Below, one piece after another: positions 1-8,783 of a stretch of 64,000 nucleotides of DNA. The position numbers and the translations under genes were made by a program. Origin of the DNA: Spirochaetia bacterium (GTDB taxonomy: Bacteria > Spirochaetota > Spirochaetia > SZUA-6 > Bin103); the NCBI GenBank assembly GCA_965199955.1, contig CBDATQ010000001.1:1408001-1472000 (forward strand), given 5' to 3'. Every line of letters starts with the position of its first letter. The stretch's first letter is position 1. Under the pieces are notes generated by a model, which was not told the origin of the DNA, made no database searches, and worked only from the letters and a program-made list of their open reading frames with translations.

Positions 1-342
1 ATCCACCGACTTGCGCACGCACACGGTGCGGTTGTAGACGCCGCTGTAGCTGGCTCCATACACGTTGTAGGGCAGCAGGATGGTGCCGTCGGCACGTTGC
101 GCCATGCCGTGATGGCCGTAGAACTGTTCGTCCGTTCGCTCGGCCGAGGCGCCGTAGGCGAAGGTGTGCTCCTTGCGCCACGTCCGGCCGGAGTCGGTCG
201 AGCGGGTCAAGCTGATGCAAGACTTGCCGTGGGTGTCGTCCCGGTATGCCACCAGCAGGTCGCCGTTGCTCAGGCGTTCGAGGGAGGGACAGCTCCCTCC
301 TTCCGCAACGATGACGCGCCCGTCGCGGTCAAGTGCTCCCAT
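1..342 (-). CDS. Sialidase-like / BNR Asp-box protein (5' part; runs off the window start)
   Basis: Not in the ORF track. Manual translation from ATG at 342: MGALDRDGRVIVAEGGSCPSLERLSNGDLLVAYRDD...SLTRSTDSGRTWRKE...DGTILLPY...VRKSVD. Contains Asp-box SxDxGxTW; GGAGGAG RBS upstream. Confidence 0.8.
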   Translation of the reverse strand, partial: MGALDRDGRVIVAEGGSCPSLERLSNGDLLVAYRDDTHGKSCISLTRSTDSGRTWRKEHTFAYGASAERTDEQFYGHHGMAQRADGTILLPYNVYGASYSGVYNRTVCVRKSVD

Positions 343-414
343 GGATTCTCCTCCCCGAGGCCGGTCACTCTGTTCGCAGGAACGCTCGATGGCAAGCCCT
401 CAACACGAGCGACG

Positions 415-443
415 TTGACAGCGCACGCCACAAGTGTTGCACT
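415..443 (+). promoter_or_regulatory. Putative sigma70 promoter of the SBP gene
   Basis: Perfect TTGACA at 415-420, 17-nt spacer, TGt then TGCACT at 438-443; GAGGAGG RBS follows. Confidence 0.45.
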
Positions 444-469
444 GGCAGCATTATTCGAGGAGGTCGGTC

Positions 470-2470
470 ATGAATCTACTGAACCGAAAACGCTTCCGCG
501 CGTCGCATTGCCTGGCACTGCTGGCATGTCTGTTCCTCTGTGGCACGGTCATGACGGCGACGGGCGCCGACATCGTGCCGATGATCACGCCGGACAGCCC
601 GATGGCGAGCTACAGCGAGTCGCCGGTGCTGGCGGCCAAGGTCGCCGCCGGGGAGCTTCCCCCGGTCGAGGAGCGGCTGCCCGACTTGCCCCCGGTTGAG
701 CAGGCATTCGAAGCGGTCGGCAAGTACGGAGGCACGCTGCGCCACATCGAGGCGCTGTACACCAGCTTCGGCAGCATCACCCGCTACATGAACGAAGGGC
801 TGATCGACGTCAGCGTTCCGTCAGGCACCCACCGCTACCCGAACCTCGCCGAGAGTATCGAGTGGAGCGACGATCTGACGACCTACACCATCCATCTGCG
901 GAAGGGCCTGAAGTGGTCGGACGGTGAGGAATTCACCGCCGAGGACGTGATGTTCAAGTGGGAAGACATCAGGCTCTATTCTCCCGACCCGGACGCGACC
1001 CCGCTGTCGGTGGCGCCTTCCGACTTCATCATCGGCGGGGAGCTCGCCGAGTTCACGATGGTCGACGACTACACGATCGTGATCAAGTTCGCGGCACCGT
1101 ACGCGAACTACCACAAGAACATCGGCTGGAACTATCTCGATCCGGAGCCCGCCCACTACCTGAAACCGTTCCATCCGAAGTACAACGAGGAGCTGGGCGA
1201 CCCGACCGAGGCGTGGCAGGACTTCAACACCGTGCACCGCGCCGGCACCAACACCGAGCGCCCCACCCTCGGGCCCTGGGTTCCCGAGACGGTGAAGGAA
1301 GGCGAGCTGATGGTCATGGTGCGCAACCCCTACTACTGGAAGGTGGACGAGGAGGGCAAGCAGCTCCCCTACACCGACGAGTTGCACGTGACCTACGTCA
1401 AGGACAAGGAGGTGGAGAAGCTGCAGCTCGCCGCGGGCGAGTACGACTGGCATGCCATGGGGCCGCCGGTGGACGCGGTGCTGTTCCAGCAGCAGGCCAA
1501 CGGCAACTACCGTCTGGTCACGCCGCCCGGGTGGCACAACTACTGGGTCTTCATCAAGCGCAAGCTGGCGTGGATCACCAACGCGCTCGAGAATCCCGTG
1601 AACGAGAACGACGACAAGCTCGCCGCGTTGCTGCTGAACGATGACTTCCTGCAGGCGCTGCAGCTCGGCATCGACAACGAGCAGCTCATGCGTGCCTACA
1701 CCACGCCAGAGCTGTACGATTTCCGCGCAACGCTGGTGGGGCGGCCGCGGCTCGATCCCAACAAGCCGATCGGCCAGAGCGCCGACCCGCGCGTGCAGGC
1801 GATGTGGGACCACCTGGAGCAGTGGACGCGCTACGACCTGGACGAGGCAAACCAGATGCTGGACGATCTCGGTCTGGCGGTCGGCGACGACGGCTTCCGA
1901 GAGTATGCGGACGGCGGTCGCATCGAGCTGAATATCGGGATCTTCTCCGACTCCGGAGTCCGCGGCGAGGTGGTCACCGCCCAGTGCCAGAACTGGGAGC
2001 GGGACCTCAAGATCAAGACGTTCTGCATCCAGAAGACCTGGAGCGAAGGCGTGCGGCCGTGGTGGCTCGGCAGCGAGTTGCCGCTGATCGAGTCGGCCTC
2101 CGGCCACTGGTTCTGGGGCACCGACGCCCTGTATCTGCACGCCCTCTACCAGTACGAGATACGCGACTGGCTCGAGACGGTGGGCAAGGATGGCGTGGCG
2201 CCGCCCGAGCCCTACCGCGAGGGGCTGCTGGAGCTGAAGCGGCTGGCCGACGCGTCGGCGCAGTCGATCGATCCGGACGAGCGCATGGAGCTGGCGATCC
2301 AGGCCACGGAGCTGGTGGTGCTGAACAACCTGGACGGCACCGAGCTGACCTTCGGCGGCGCATCCAGCTTCCACTACGTCCACAACCGGATCCGCAATAA
2401 TCCGGTCGGCTACAACGCCTGGGGCATTCGCCGCTGGCTGCGCATGGAGCAGTGGTGGATCGACGAGTAG
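470..2470 (+). CDS. ABC transporter substrate-binding protein, family 5 (oligosaccharide/peptide); no permease adjacent
   Basis: Signal peptide; ESPVLA...GELPPVEERLP, GKYGGTLR, LRKGLKWSDGEEFTAEDV, RNPYYWKVDEEGKQLPY motifs. ATG at 470 follows GAGGAGG. Confidence 0.9.
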   Translation: MNLLNRKRFRASHCLALLACLFLCGTVMTATGADIVPMITPDSPMASYSESPVLAAKVAAGELPPVEERLPDLPPVEQAFEAVGKYGGTLRHIEALYTSFGSITRYMNEGLIDVSVPSGTHRYPNLAESIEWSDDLTTYTIHLRKGLKWSDGEEFTAEDVMFKWEDIRLYSPDPDATPLSVAPSDFIIGGELAEFTMVDDYTIVIKFAAPYANYHKNIGWNYLDPEPAHYLKPFHPKYNEELGDPTEAWQDFNTVHRAGTNTERPTLGPWVPETVKEGELMVMVRNPYYWKVDEEGKQLPYTDELHVTYVKDKEVEKLQLAAGEYDWHAMGPPVDAVLFQQQANGNYRLVTPPGWHNYWVFIKRKLAWITNALENPVNENDDKLAALLLNDDFLQALQLGIDNEQLMRAYTTPELYDFRATLVGRPRLDPNKPIGQSADPRVQAMWDHLEQWTRYDLDEANQMLDDLGLAVGDDGFREYADGGRIELNIGIFSDSGVRGEVVTAQCQNWERDLKIKTFCIQKTWSEGVRPWWLGSELPLIESASGHWFWGTDALYLHALYQYEIRDWLETVGKDGVAPPEPYREGLLELKRLADASAQSIDPDERMELAIQATELVVLNNLDGTELTFGGASSFHYVHNRIRNNPVGYNAWGIRRWLRMEQWWIDE

Positions 2471-2492
2471 CGGGATAGCCTTCCCGGACCGC

Positions 2493-2523
2493 GTGAGCCC
2501 CCGGCGTTGTGTCGGGGGCTCAC
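2493..2523 (+). terminator. 13-bp stem-loop downstream of the SBP gene
   Basis: GTGAGCCCCCGGC-GTTGT-GTCGGGGGCTCAC; no U-tract. Confidence 0.6.
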
Positions 2524-2581
2524 TCATTGGGCGCGCCCACATGGACCGGACGTTCCCGACACGAGGCCGTTCACTGTGTTG

Positions 2582-3089
2582 GTGCGTGGTCTTACCGACG
2601 CCGCTCGCCTCGGCAGGCTCATGGAAGGGATCGGCGGCGGATGCCGGGGCAGCGGCCGAATCTATCTGGTCGGAGGCGCGTGCGCGATACTGGTCGGCTG
2701 GCGTGCCACGACCGTGGACGTCGATCTGAAACTCGATCCCGAGCCCGCCGGCGCATTCGAGGCGATCGCCGGACTCAAGGATGCGCTGGACGTCAACGTC
2801 GAATTGGCCGCTCCCCGGATGGCGGGAACGCAGCCCGTTCGTCGTGCGCCATGGTGGCGTGTCGTTTCATCATTACGACTTCTACTCCCAGGCGCTCGCC
2901 AAGATCGAACGCGGCCACGCCCAGGATCTGCGCGACGTCGCGGCGATGCGCGATCGCAGACTGATCGAGCCGGCAACGCTGCGGCGCCTGTTCGATTCGA
3001 TCCAGGGAGCGCTTGTCCGCTATCCCGCCCTGGATCCCGAGTCGTTTCGGGGAAAGGTCGAACGCGCCATCGCGGAGTGGAACGCATGA
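2582..3089 (+). pseudogene. DUF6036-like nucleotidyltransferase, frameshifted near 2810
   Basis: N-half YLVGGACAILVGWRATTVDVDLKLDP...VELAAP (GG and DxD motifs). C-half in another frame: LPGWRERSPF...HYDFYSQALAKIERGHAQDLRDV. Confidence 0.75.
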
Positions 3090-3391
3090 CCGGCGACCAC
3101 CGTCTGCCAGGAGCCGACATCGTCGCCGAGGGCGTGCGAGCGCACCTGCGCGGCGAGACGACAACGGAATCCCTGCTGGTCGCGATCGGTGCCCCGCGGC
3201 TGAAGAGCTTGGGTCACGACCTGCCTGAGCGATCCACGCTGTGCGAACGACCGGAGATCGAGCTCTATCTCCTGCTTCGCGAGCGCTACGGCCGGGATGC
3301 TCACCAGCGCTACAACGCTCTCGTTCGCAGTCTCGTGAGCTACGAGCGAGCAGCCGAGCGAATTCAGTCGGCACGAATGCGCGCCGGCTGA
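3086..3391 (+). CDS. Small helical hypothetical protein, partner of the nucleotidyltransferase
   Basis: ATGA overlap with the upstream stop; MTGDHRLPGADIVAEG...LLVAIGAPRL...DAHQRYNALVRSLVSYERAAE. Confidence 0.7.
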   Translation: MTGDHRLPGADIVAEGVRAHLRGETTTESLLVAIGAPRLKSLGHDLPERSTLCERPEIELYLLLRERYGRDAHQRYNALVRSLVSYERAAERIQSARMRAG

Positions 3392-3404
3392 GAGGTTCGG
3401 CGGC

Positions 3405-4418
3405 TTACCGGGAGAGCAGGCCCAGTCCCCGCAGATCGGCGACCACGCCGCGCTGCTCGGCCTCGTAGAGCCTCCAGATGACGCGCAGGCTCTGCAGGCC
3501 GGCCTCGCCGCCGGTCATCGGCGTGTGGCCGCGTTCGATGCAGTCGAGGAAGTGGGCCATCTCGTTCTCGGTATGCTTGCCGGCTCCGACCTCGCTTTCC
3601 ATCAGGAGCTTCCGTTCGCCGCGGGCGTGGGCCAGCAGGCGATGGCCGCTGACGTCCGCCTCGAGCATGCCCTCGGTGCAGTGGGCGTGGATGGAATAGC
3701 GCAGCCGGGTGCCGCGCGCGCCCCAGGTGCCGAAGTGGTAGCCCAGCCGGCCGCCGTCGAACTCCATGGTCACGTTGGAGGTGCCCTCGCGCTCCATCCA
3801 CGGCGTGCCCGTATTGGTGCCCAGGTGGGTGCCGCTGACCGGCTCTCCGAGGAACCAGAGCAGGAGGTCGACGTAGTGGCAGCCGTGGCTGAAGAGCTGG
3901 CCGCCGCCCAGCGTCTCCGCCCGGCTCCCCCAGTGACCCGGAGGATAGCGGGTCATCTGCTCGGTCCAGATGCTCACCTGGAACACGTCGCCGAAACTCT
4001 GCCGGTCGAGCTCGTCCTTCATGGCCGCCACCACGGGATGGAAGCGCATGCAATAGGCGATCATCAGGACGCGGTCGATGCGGGCCGCGGTGGCGATGAG
4101 GTCCAGGCACTCCTCTTCGCTGTTCGCCATCGGCTTCTCCAGGAGCACGTGCTTGCCGGCTTCCAGGCACTCCCTGGCGACCGGGTGGTGCAGGTGGTGC
4201 GGCAGCACGACGAGCACGGCGTCCACCTGGTCGAGGACGGAGCGGTAGTCGGTGGCGACCCGTACGTCCGGGAGATGCTCGTGGACCTGACGTGCCTTGG
4301 CCTCGTCGACGTCGACGGCCGCCACGAGCTGCAACCGGTCGCGGAGCAGGTGAAAGCGCCGCACGTGCGCGGCGGACATGCCGCCGCAGCCGATCAGGGC
4401 GAGCTTGACGCGAGCCAC
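3405..4418 (-). CDS. Gfo/Idh/MocA family oxidoreductase
   Basis: LIGCGGMS Rossmann motif, HVLLEKPMA, GGGQLFSHGCHYVD. Confidence 0.92.
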   Translation of the reverse strand: MARVKLALIGCGGMSAAHVRRFHLLRDRLQLVAAVDVDEAKARQVHEHLPDVRVATDYRSVLDQVDAVLVVLPHHLHHPVARECLEAGKHVLLEKPMANSEEECLDLIATAARIDRVLMIAYCMRFHPVVAAMKDELDRQSFGDVFQVSIWTEQMTRYPPGHWGSRAETLGGGQLFSHGCHYVDLLLWFLGEPVSGTHLGTNTGTPWMEREGTSNVTMEFDGGRLGYHFGTWGARGTRLRYSIHAHCTEGMLEADVSGHRLLAHARGERKLLMESEVGAGKHTENEMAHFLDCIERGHTPMTGGEAGLQSLRVIWRLYEAEQRGVVADLRGLGLLSR

Positions 4419-4470
4419 ACGTCATGGTGGTCGAGGGAGTGGGCGATGTCGATGCACTATCGAGGGCGTC

Positions 4471-6858
4471 ATGAAAAAGAACGGCGCCTCACCACGGCAG
4501 ATCACCCTCTGTGCGTTCGCCCGGTTCGAAGCGGACAAGATGCACGTGACGGTCGCTCCGGTCGGCGATGCCTTCATCGCGAGAGGATCGGCGGTCGAGC
4601 TCTGGGTCTGGCACCGCTCGCGGCGCGAGCAGTTCGTACGGACCAGGATCGACGACTTCGGCCAGCCGTCAGGCAGAACGGTCGTGCTCGACCTGGCGCA
4701 GGTGCCGGCAGGCACGGCTGAGCTGCAGGCCGTCCTCGTCGACCGGTGGGGTCGCGAGTGCGTCACGCACCTCATCCAGAGCGCCGATCCGCCGGACAAG
4801 CCCGCGTGGTGGGGCTCGCGCGCCGGGCTCGATCCCGGAGTACCCGCTGCCTGGACCTCGCTTGCAGGTGCGCCGCAGGCCGAGGGAGCGTATGCGGTTG
4901 ACTGCTGGGGCAGGACGTACCGATTCGCTCCCGGCTGTCTGCTCGAATCGGTGACCGCGCTGGGCAGCCCGATCCTGCATGCACCCGTGCGGCTGACCGC
5001 GGTCGCGGGCGGCCGGAGCCTGCGCTTCGCTGCGGAACCGATCGATCAGGTGGCGTCGGACCCCGATGAGGTCGTGCTCGAACAGCGCCTGACCGCGGCG
5101 AACCTCGACCTGCGCGTGCAGGTCCACGTCGAATTCGACGGGATGATCCGCTTCGACGTCGAAGTCGCCGCGGCCGACGCCGTCGAGCTGGACTCCCTGT
5201 CGATCGAGATTCCCGTCCGCGCGGAGCATGCGGAGTACCTGTATCACTTTCCGGGGGCATGGGGGACGGCCAGGAACGCCGGCGTCCTGCCGGACACCGC
5301 GGTGAGGATGGGATTCCGGCCGTACGTCTGGCTGGGAGACAATGATCGGGGACTGGCCTGGTTCGGCGAGTCCGACCGCGACTGGCATGTCGCGCCGGGC
5401 GCGCCGGCGACGGAGATCGTCCGCGATGGGAATCGCGTGGTGCTCACGCTGCACCTGATCTCCGCGCCGATGCGGTTGGCGCCGGAGTCGCGGCGTCCGG
5501 CAGCGTGGGACACCGCTCCGGAATTGGAGAACGCCGTGATCGGGGACGCGGCGATCACCGGGCAGCGTGTTGAACGCTACCAGCCATTGCGGTACGCGTT
5601 CGGCCTGCAGGCTACACCGGTCAGGGCGGTCGACCAGGGAGCGTGGGATCACCGGTTCATTCATGTCGGACCGGAGCCGCCGGGAGCGGGGTTCACGGCG
5701 CCTCTGGCCCTCGAACCCTGGTTTCTGGACCGATGCGTCCGGGCGGGTGTGAGAACGGTGGTGCTCCACCAGTTCTGGACCGACATCGAAGCGCACACGA
5801 TACCGGTAGACCGTCAGCGGCTGCACGAGCTCGTCAAGGCGTGCCATCAACGGGGTCTCAAGATCCTGCTGTACTACGGGTTCCTGATCTCCAGCGCCGC
5901 GCCCGAGTGGCGGGACTTCGGGGACGGCTGTCTCACCACGCCCGCGTACGGCTACCCGCTGTTCCGTGACCCACCGCAGCCCGACCAGTCGGCGTGGGTG
6001 GTCTGCCTCAACAGCGCATGGCAGGACTTCGTCGCGGACGCCATCGCCAAGACCATGGACGAGTTCGGGATCGACGGCGTGTATCTCGACGGCACCGAGT
6101 TCCCGGCCGGTTGCATCAACACCCTGCATGGCTGCGGCAGCACGCGGCCCGACGGATCGATCGCGAAGTCGTATCCGATTTTCGGCGTCCGCAGCGCCAT
6201 GCGCCGCATCCACAACGCGGTCACGTCGCGGAACCCCGAGGGGCAGATCAACGTGCACAACTCGACCTGCATGGTCATGCCGACGCTCGGATTCGGCACC
6301 TCGTACTGGGACGGGGAGCAGTTCCAGGACGTCCGCGGAAGTGAGGATGCGGCGACCCAGCTCCCGCTCGACGCGTTTCGCACGGAGTTCATGGGCCGTC
6401 AGTGGGGCGTTCCGGCCGAGTTCCTCTGTTACGGGCAGGGCTTCACCTTCGAACAGGCATGGGCCATCACGTTGATCCATGATGTCCCGGTCAGGCCATT
6501 GAACCGCAACGGACTGGAGGAGCTCGATCTGGCCTCACGCATCTGGCGGCTCATGGACGACTTCGGCCGGAGCCAGGCCGAGTGGCTGCCGTACTGGAAC
6601 AACGCCGAGTACGTCCGCGCCGACGCCTCCGGAATCTACGTGAGCCTCTACCGGCATCCTTCCAACGGTGTGCTCGCCGTCGTTTCAAACCTGAATCGCG
6701 CACGCGCGGCGTTCGCACTTTCCGTGAATTGGGAGCTTCTCGGTATCGATGGGGACCGGGATTCGATCATCGACGCGCTCGACGGATCACCCGCTTGTCT
6801 GAACGGTGTTCTCGATCGCTACGGTTGGCGGCTGCTCTGGTTCAATCCTCCGAACTAG
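4471..6858 (+). CDS. DUF6067-like / GH123-related putative glycoside hydrolase
   Basis: EFDGMIRFD, PYVWLGDNDRGLAWFGES, FGLQATPV, VKACHQRGLKILLY, IDGVYLDG, WDGEQ, EFMGRQWGVP, IHDVPV. Start taken at MKKNG. Confidence 0.65.
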   Translation: MKKNGASPRQITLCAFARFEADKMHVTVAPVGDAFIARGSAVELWVWHRSRREQFVRTRIDDFGQPSGRTVVLDLAQVPAGTAELQAVLVDRWGRECVTHLIQSADPPDKPAWWGSRAGLDPGVPAAWTSLAGAPQAEGAYAVDCWGRTYRFAPGCLLESVTALGSPILHAPVRLTAVAGGRSLRFAAEPIDQVASDPDEVVLEQRLTAANLDLRVQVHVEFDGMIRFDVEVAAADAVELDSLSIEIPVRAEHAEYLYHFPGAWGTARNAGVLPDTAVRMGFRPYVWLGDNDRGLAWFGESDRDWHVAPGAPATEIVRDGNRVVLTLHLISAPMRLAPESRRPAAWDTAPELENAVIGDAAITGQRVERYQPLRYAFGLQATPVRAVDQGAWDHRFIHVGPEPPGAGFTAPLALEPWFLDRCVRAGVRTVVLHQFWTDIEAHTIPVDRQRLHELVKACHQRGLKILLYYGFLISSAAPEWRDFGDGCLTTPAYGYPLFRDPPQPDQSAWVVCLNSAWQDFVADAIAKTMDEFGIDGVYLDGTEFPAGCINTLHGCGSTRPDGSIAKSYPIFGVRSAMRRIHNAVTSRNPEGQINVHNSTCMVMPTLGFGTSYWDGEQFQDVRGSEDAATQLPLDAFRTEFMGRQWGVPAEFLCYGQGFTFEQAWAITLIHDVPVRPLNRNGLEELDLASRIWRLMDDFGRSQAEWLPYWNNAEYVRADASGIYVSLYRHPSNGVLAVVSNLNRARAAFALSVNWELLGIDGDRDSIIDALDGSPACLNGVLDRYGWRLLWFNPPN

Positions 6859-7751
6859 CCCTTGACGGCGCCGACGATCACACCGTGTATGAAAAACCGT
6901 TGGAGAAACGGGTAGATGATGACGACCGGCAGCACGGTGCACACGATCGCCGCGTTGATCAGGTTCTGCGGCAGGATATTGTCGAGATCGTCGACGACGT
7001 TGCCGACGTCGAGCTGCCCGCCGCCGATCAGCGGATTGGTGTAGATGTCGCGCAGCATGTACTGCAGCGTCCACTTCCACTTGTCGCGGATGAAGATGAG
7101 CACGGGAAACCACATGTTCCAGTAGAACACCGCCGAGATGATGGTGAAGGCGGCCACCATGGGAACGATCAGGGCGAAGACGATCCGAACGAGGATCGCG
7201 AACTCCGAGGCGCCGTCCACCTCCGCCGACTCCATGATCTCCTGCGGCAGCCGCACGATGGCGTTGCGGAAGACGATGATCAGAAACGGGTCCACCAGGT
7301 ACGGGAGCATCAGGGCCAACCTGGTGTTGTTGAGCCCGTACGAGTTCACGATCAGGTAGAACGGGATGAGACCTCCGGAGAAGTACAGCGGGATCAGCGT
7401 GTAAACCAGCGCCATGCGCATGCCGACGAAGTGCTTGTTCGCCAAGGCGTATGCGGCGCTGACCGCGATCAGGATGGCAACCAGTGTATTGACCGTCGTC
7501 AGCAGCACGGTGTTCGTCAGGCTGGTGAGAAAGAGCCTGCTGCTCAGGATGATGTCGTAGCCCCTGGTGTAGAGCTCCACGGGAACGATCGTCACCTGGT
7601 TCTTCAGGATGGCGCTCTTGCTGCTCAGCGAGACGGCCGCCACGTGCATGAAGGGCAGGACGATGCAGAGGCCCAGCAGGATGAATCCGAGATAGAGGAA
7701 CACCTCGAAGACCCGCCGGGAGACGGACCGATAGCGCAGCATTGCTACCAT
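6855..7751 (-). CDS. Carbohydrate ABC permease (LplC-like)
   Basis: FSGGLIPFY, EAA loop ESAEVDGASE, YPFLQRFFIHGVIVGAVKG. Confidence 0.93.
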   Translation of the reverse strand: MVAMLRYRSVSRRVFEVFLYLGFILLGLCIVLPFMHVAAVSLSSKSAILKNQVTIVPVELYTRGYDIILSSRLFLTSLTNTVLLTTVNTLVAILIAVSAAYALANKHFVGMRMALVYTLIPLYFSGGLIPFYLIVNSYGLNNTRLALMLPYLVDPFLIIVFRNAIVRLPQEIMESAEVDGASEFAILVRIVFALIVPMVAAFTIISAVFYWNMWFPVLIFIRDKWKWTLQYMLRDIYTNPLIGGGQLDVGNVVDDLDNILPQNLINAAIVCTVLPVVIIYPFLQRFFIHGVIVGAVKG

Positions 7752-8683
7752 AGGCCGATTCCGGCGAGCCTGCGCGCGACCTTGTGCGCGGCGAACAGCA
7801 GGGCGAACGCGATGACCGACTGCACCAGGCCGATGGCCGCGGTCAGGCTGTACTGGGCCTGCTGCAGCCCGAGGCGGTAGATGTAGACGGCGAGCACGTC
7901 GGAGACCTCGTAGTTCAAAGGGTTGGCGAACACGAAGATCCGCTCGAACTCGACCAGGAACAGGCGCGAGATCCGGAAGATCAGCAACAGCATGATCACC
8001 GGCAGCAGGCCGGGCAGGGTGACCGAGAAGACCATGCGCAGCCGGCTGGAGCCGTCGATGTAGGCCGCCTCATAAAGATCGGAGTCGATGCTCGTCAGCG
8101 CCGCGAAGTAGAGGATCGCGCCCCATCCCATGTTTTTCCAGATCTCCAGGGTGACAACCATCGGCCGGAACAGGTCCACCCGCCCCATGAAGTGAACGGG
8201 GTCGGCGCCGAACAGGACGATGAGCTTGTTCAGCATGCCGTGCAGCGGAGAGAGAAGCTGATACATGAGCCCGTATACCGCAACCCATGAGATGAAGTGG
8301 GGCAGGTAGGAGACGGTCTGGCTCACCCGCTTGAACGGTTTGCTCGTCATCTCGTTGGCCAGCAGCGCGAAGACGATGGGAGCGGGAAAGCCGATCAGGA
8401 TGTCGAGCAGGCTGATGTAGATCGTGTTCTTGACGACGTTCCAGAAGCGGGCATCTGACAGGAAGAAGCGGAAGTGCTCGAGCCCGGCCCAGGCGCTTCC
8501 CAGGATGCCTCGATACGGCGTGAAGTCCTTGAAGGAGATGATGATGCCGTAGATCGGCAGGTAGTTGAACAGGAACAGCAGCACCGCCCCAGGCAGGAAC
8601 AGCGCGAACAGCGACAGCGCGCGTTTCGTGATCTTTCGCCGTGACGCCGGGCGGGCCGCCGCCGGTGCCTGAGCGTCTGCCAT
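7745..8683 (-). CDS. Carbohydrate ABC permease (LplB-like)
   Basis: QTVSYLPHFISWV, GWGAILYFAAL, LYEAAYIDG. Confidence 0.93.
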   Translation of the reverse strand: MADAQAPAAARPASRRKITKRALSLFALFLPGAVLLFLFNYLPIYGIIISFKDFTPYRGILGSAWAGLEHFRFFLSDARFWNVVKNTIYISLLDILIGFPAPIVFALLANEMTSKPFKRVSQTVSYLPHFISWVAVYGLMYQLLSPLHGMLNKLIVLFGADPVHFMGRVDLFRPMVVTLEIWKNMGWGAILYFAALTSIDSDLYEAAYIDGSSRLRMVFSVTLPGLLPVIMLLLIFRISRLFLVEFERIFVFANPLNYEVSDVLAVYIYRLGLQQAQYSLTAAIGLVQSVIAFALLFAAHKVARRLAGIGLW

Positions 8684-8712
8684 CTCGCTCGTTCCTCTCC
8701 TGTGGTGAAAGC

Positions 8713-8742
8713 GGGGGGCGCATACCTGAGCATGCGCCCCCC
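8713..8742 (-). terminator. Intercistronic stem-loop between SBP and permease
   Basis: GGGGGGCGCAT-N8-ATGCGCCCCCC, perfect 11-bp stem. Confidence 0.6.
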
Positions 8743-8783
8743 CGGGTTGGTGCTACGTCGCTACGCTACGGTGTCGATGTGGT

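Noticed and set aside
821..2542. Long antisense and alternative-frame ORFs throughout (e.g. 821-2542, 4669-6480, 31594-33747, 35869-38553, 50329-52518)
   Set aside because: Shadow ORFs typical of high-GC DNA: Arg/Ala/Pro-rich or antisense mirrors of real genes, with no motifs.
8752..8770. GCTACG repeated three times
   Set aside because: Too short and imperfectly spaced to distinguish from chance.
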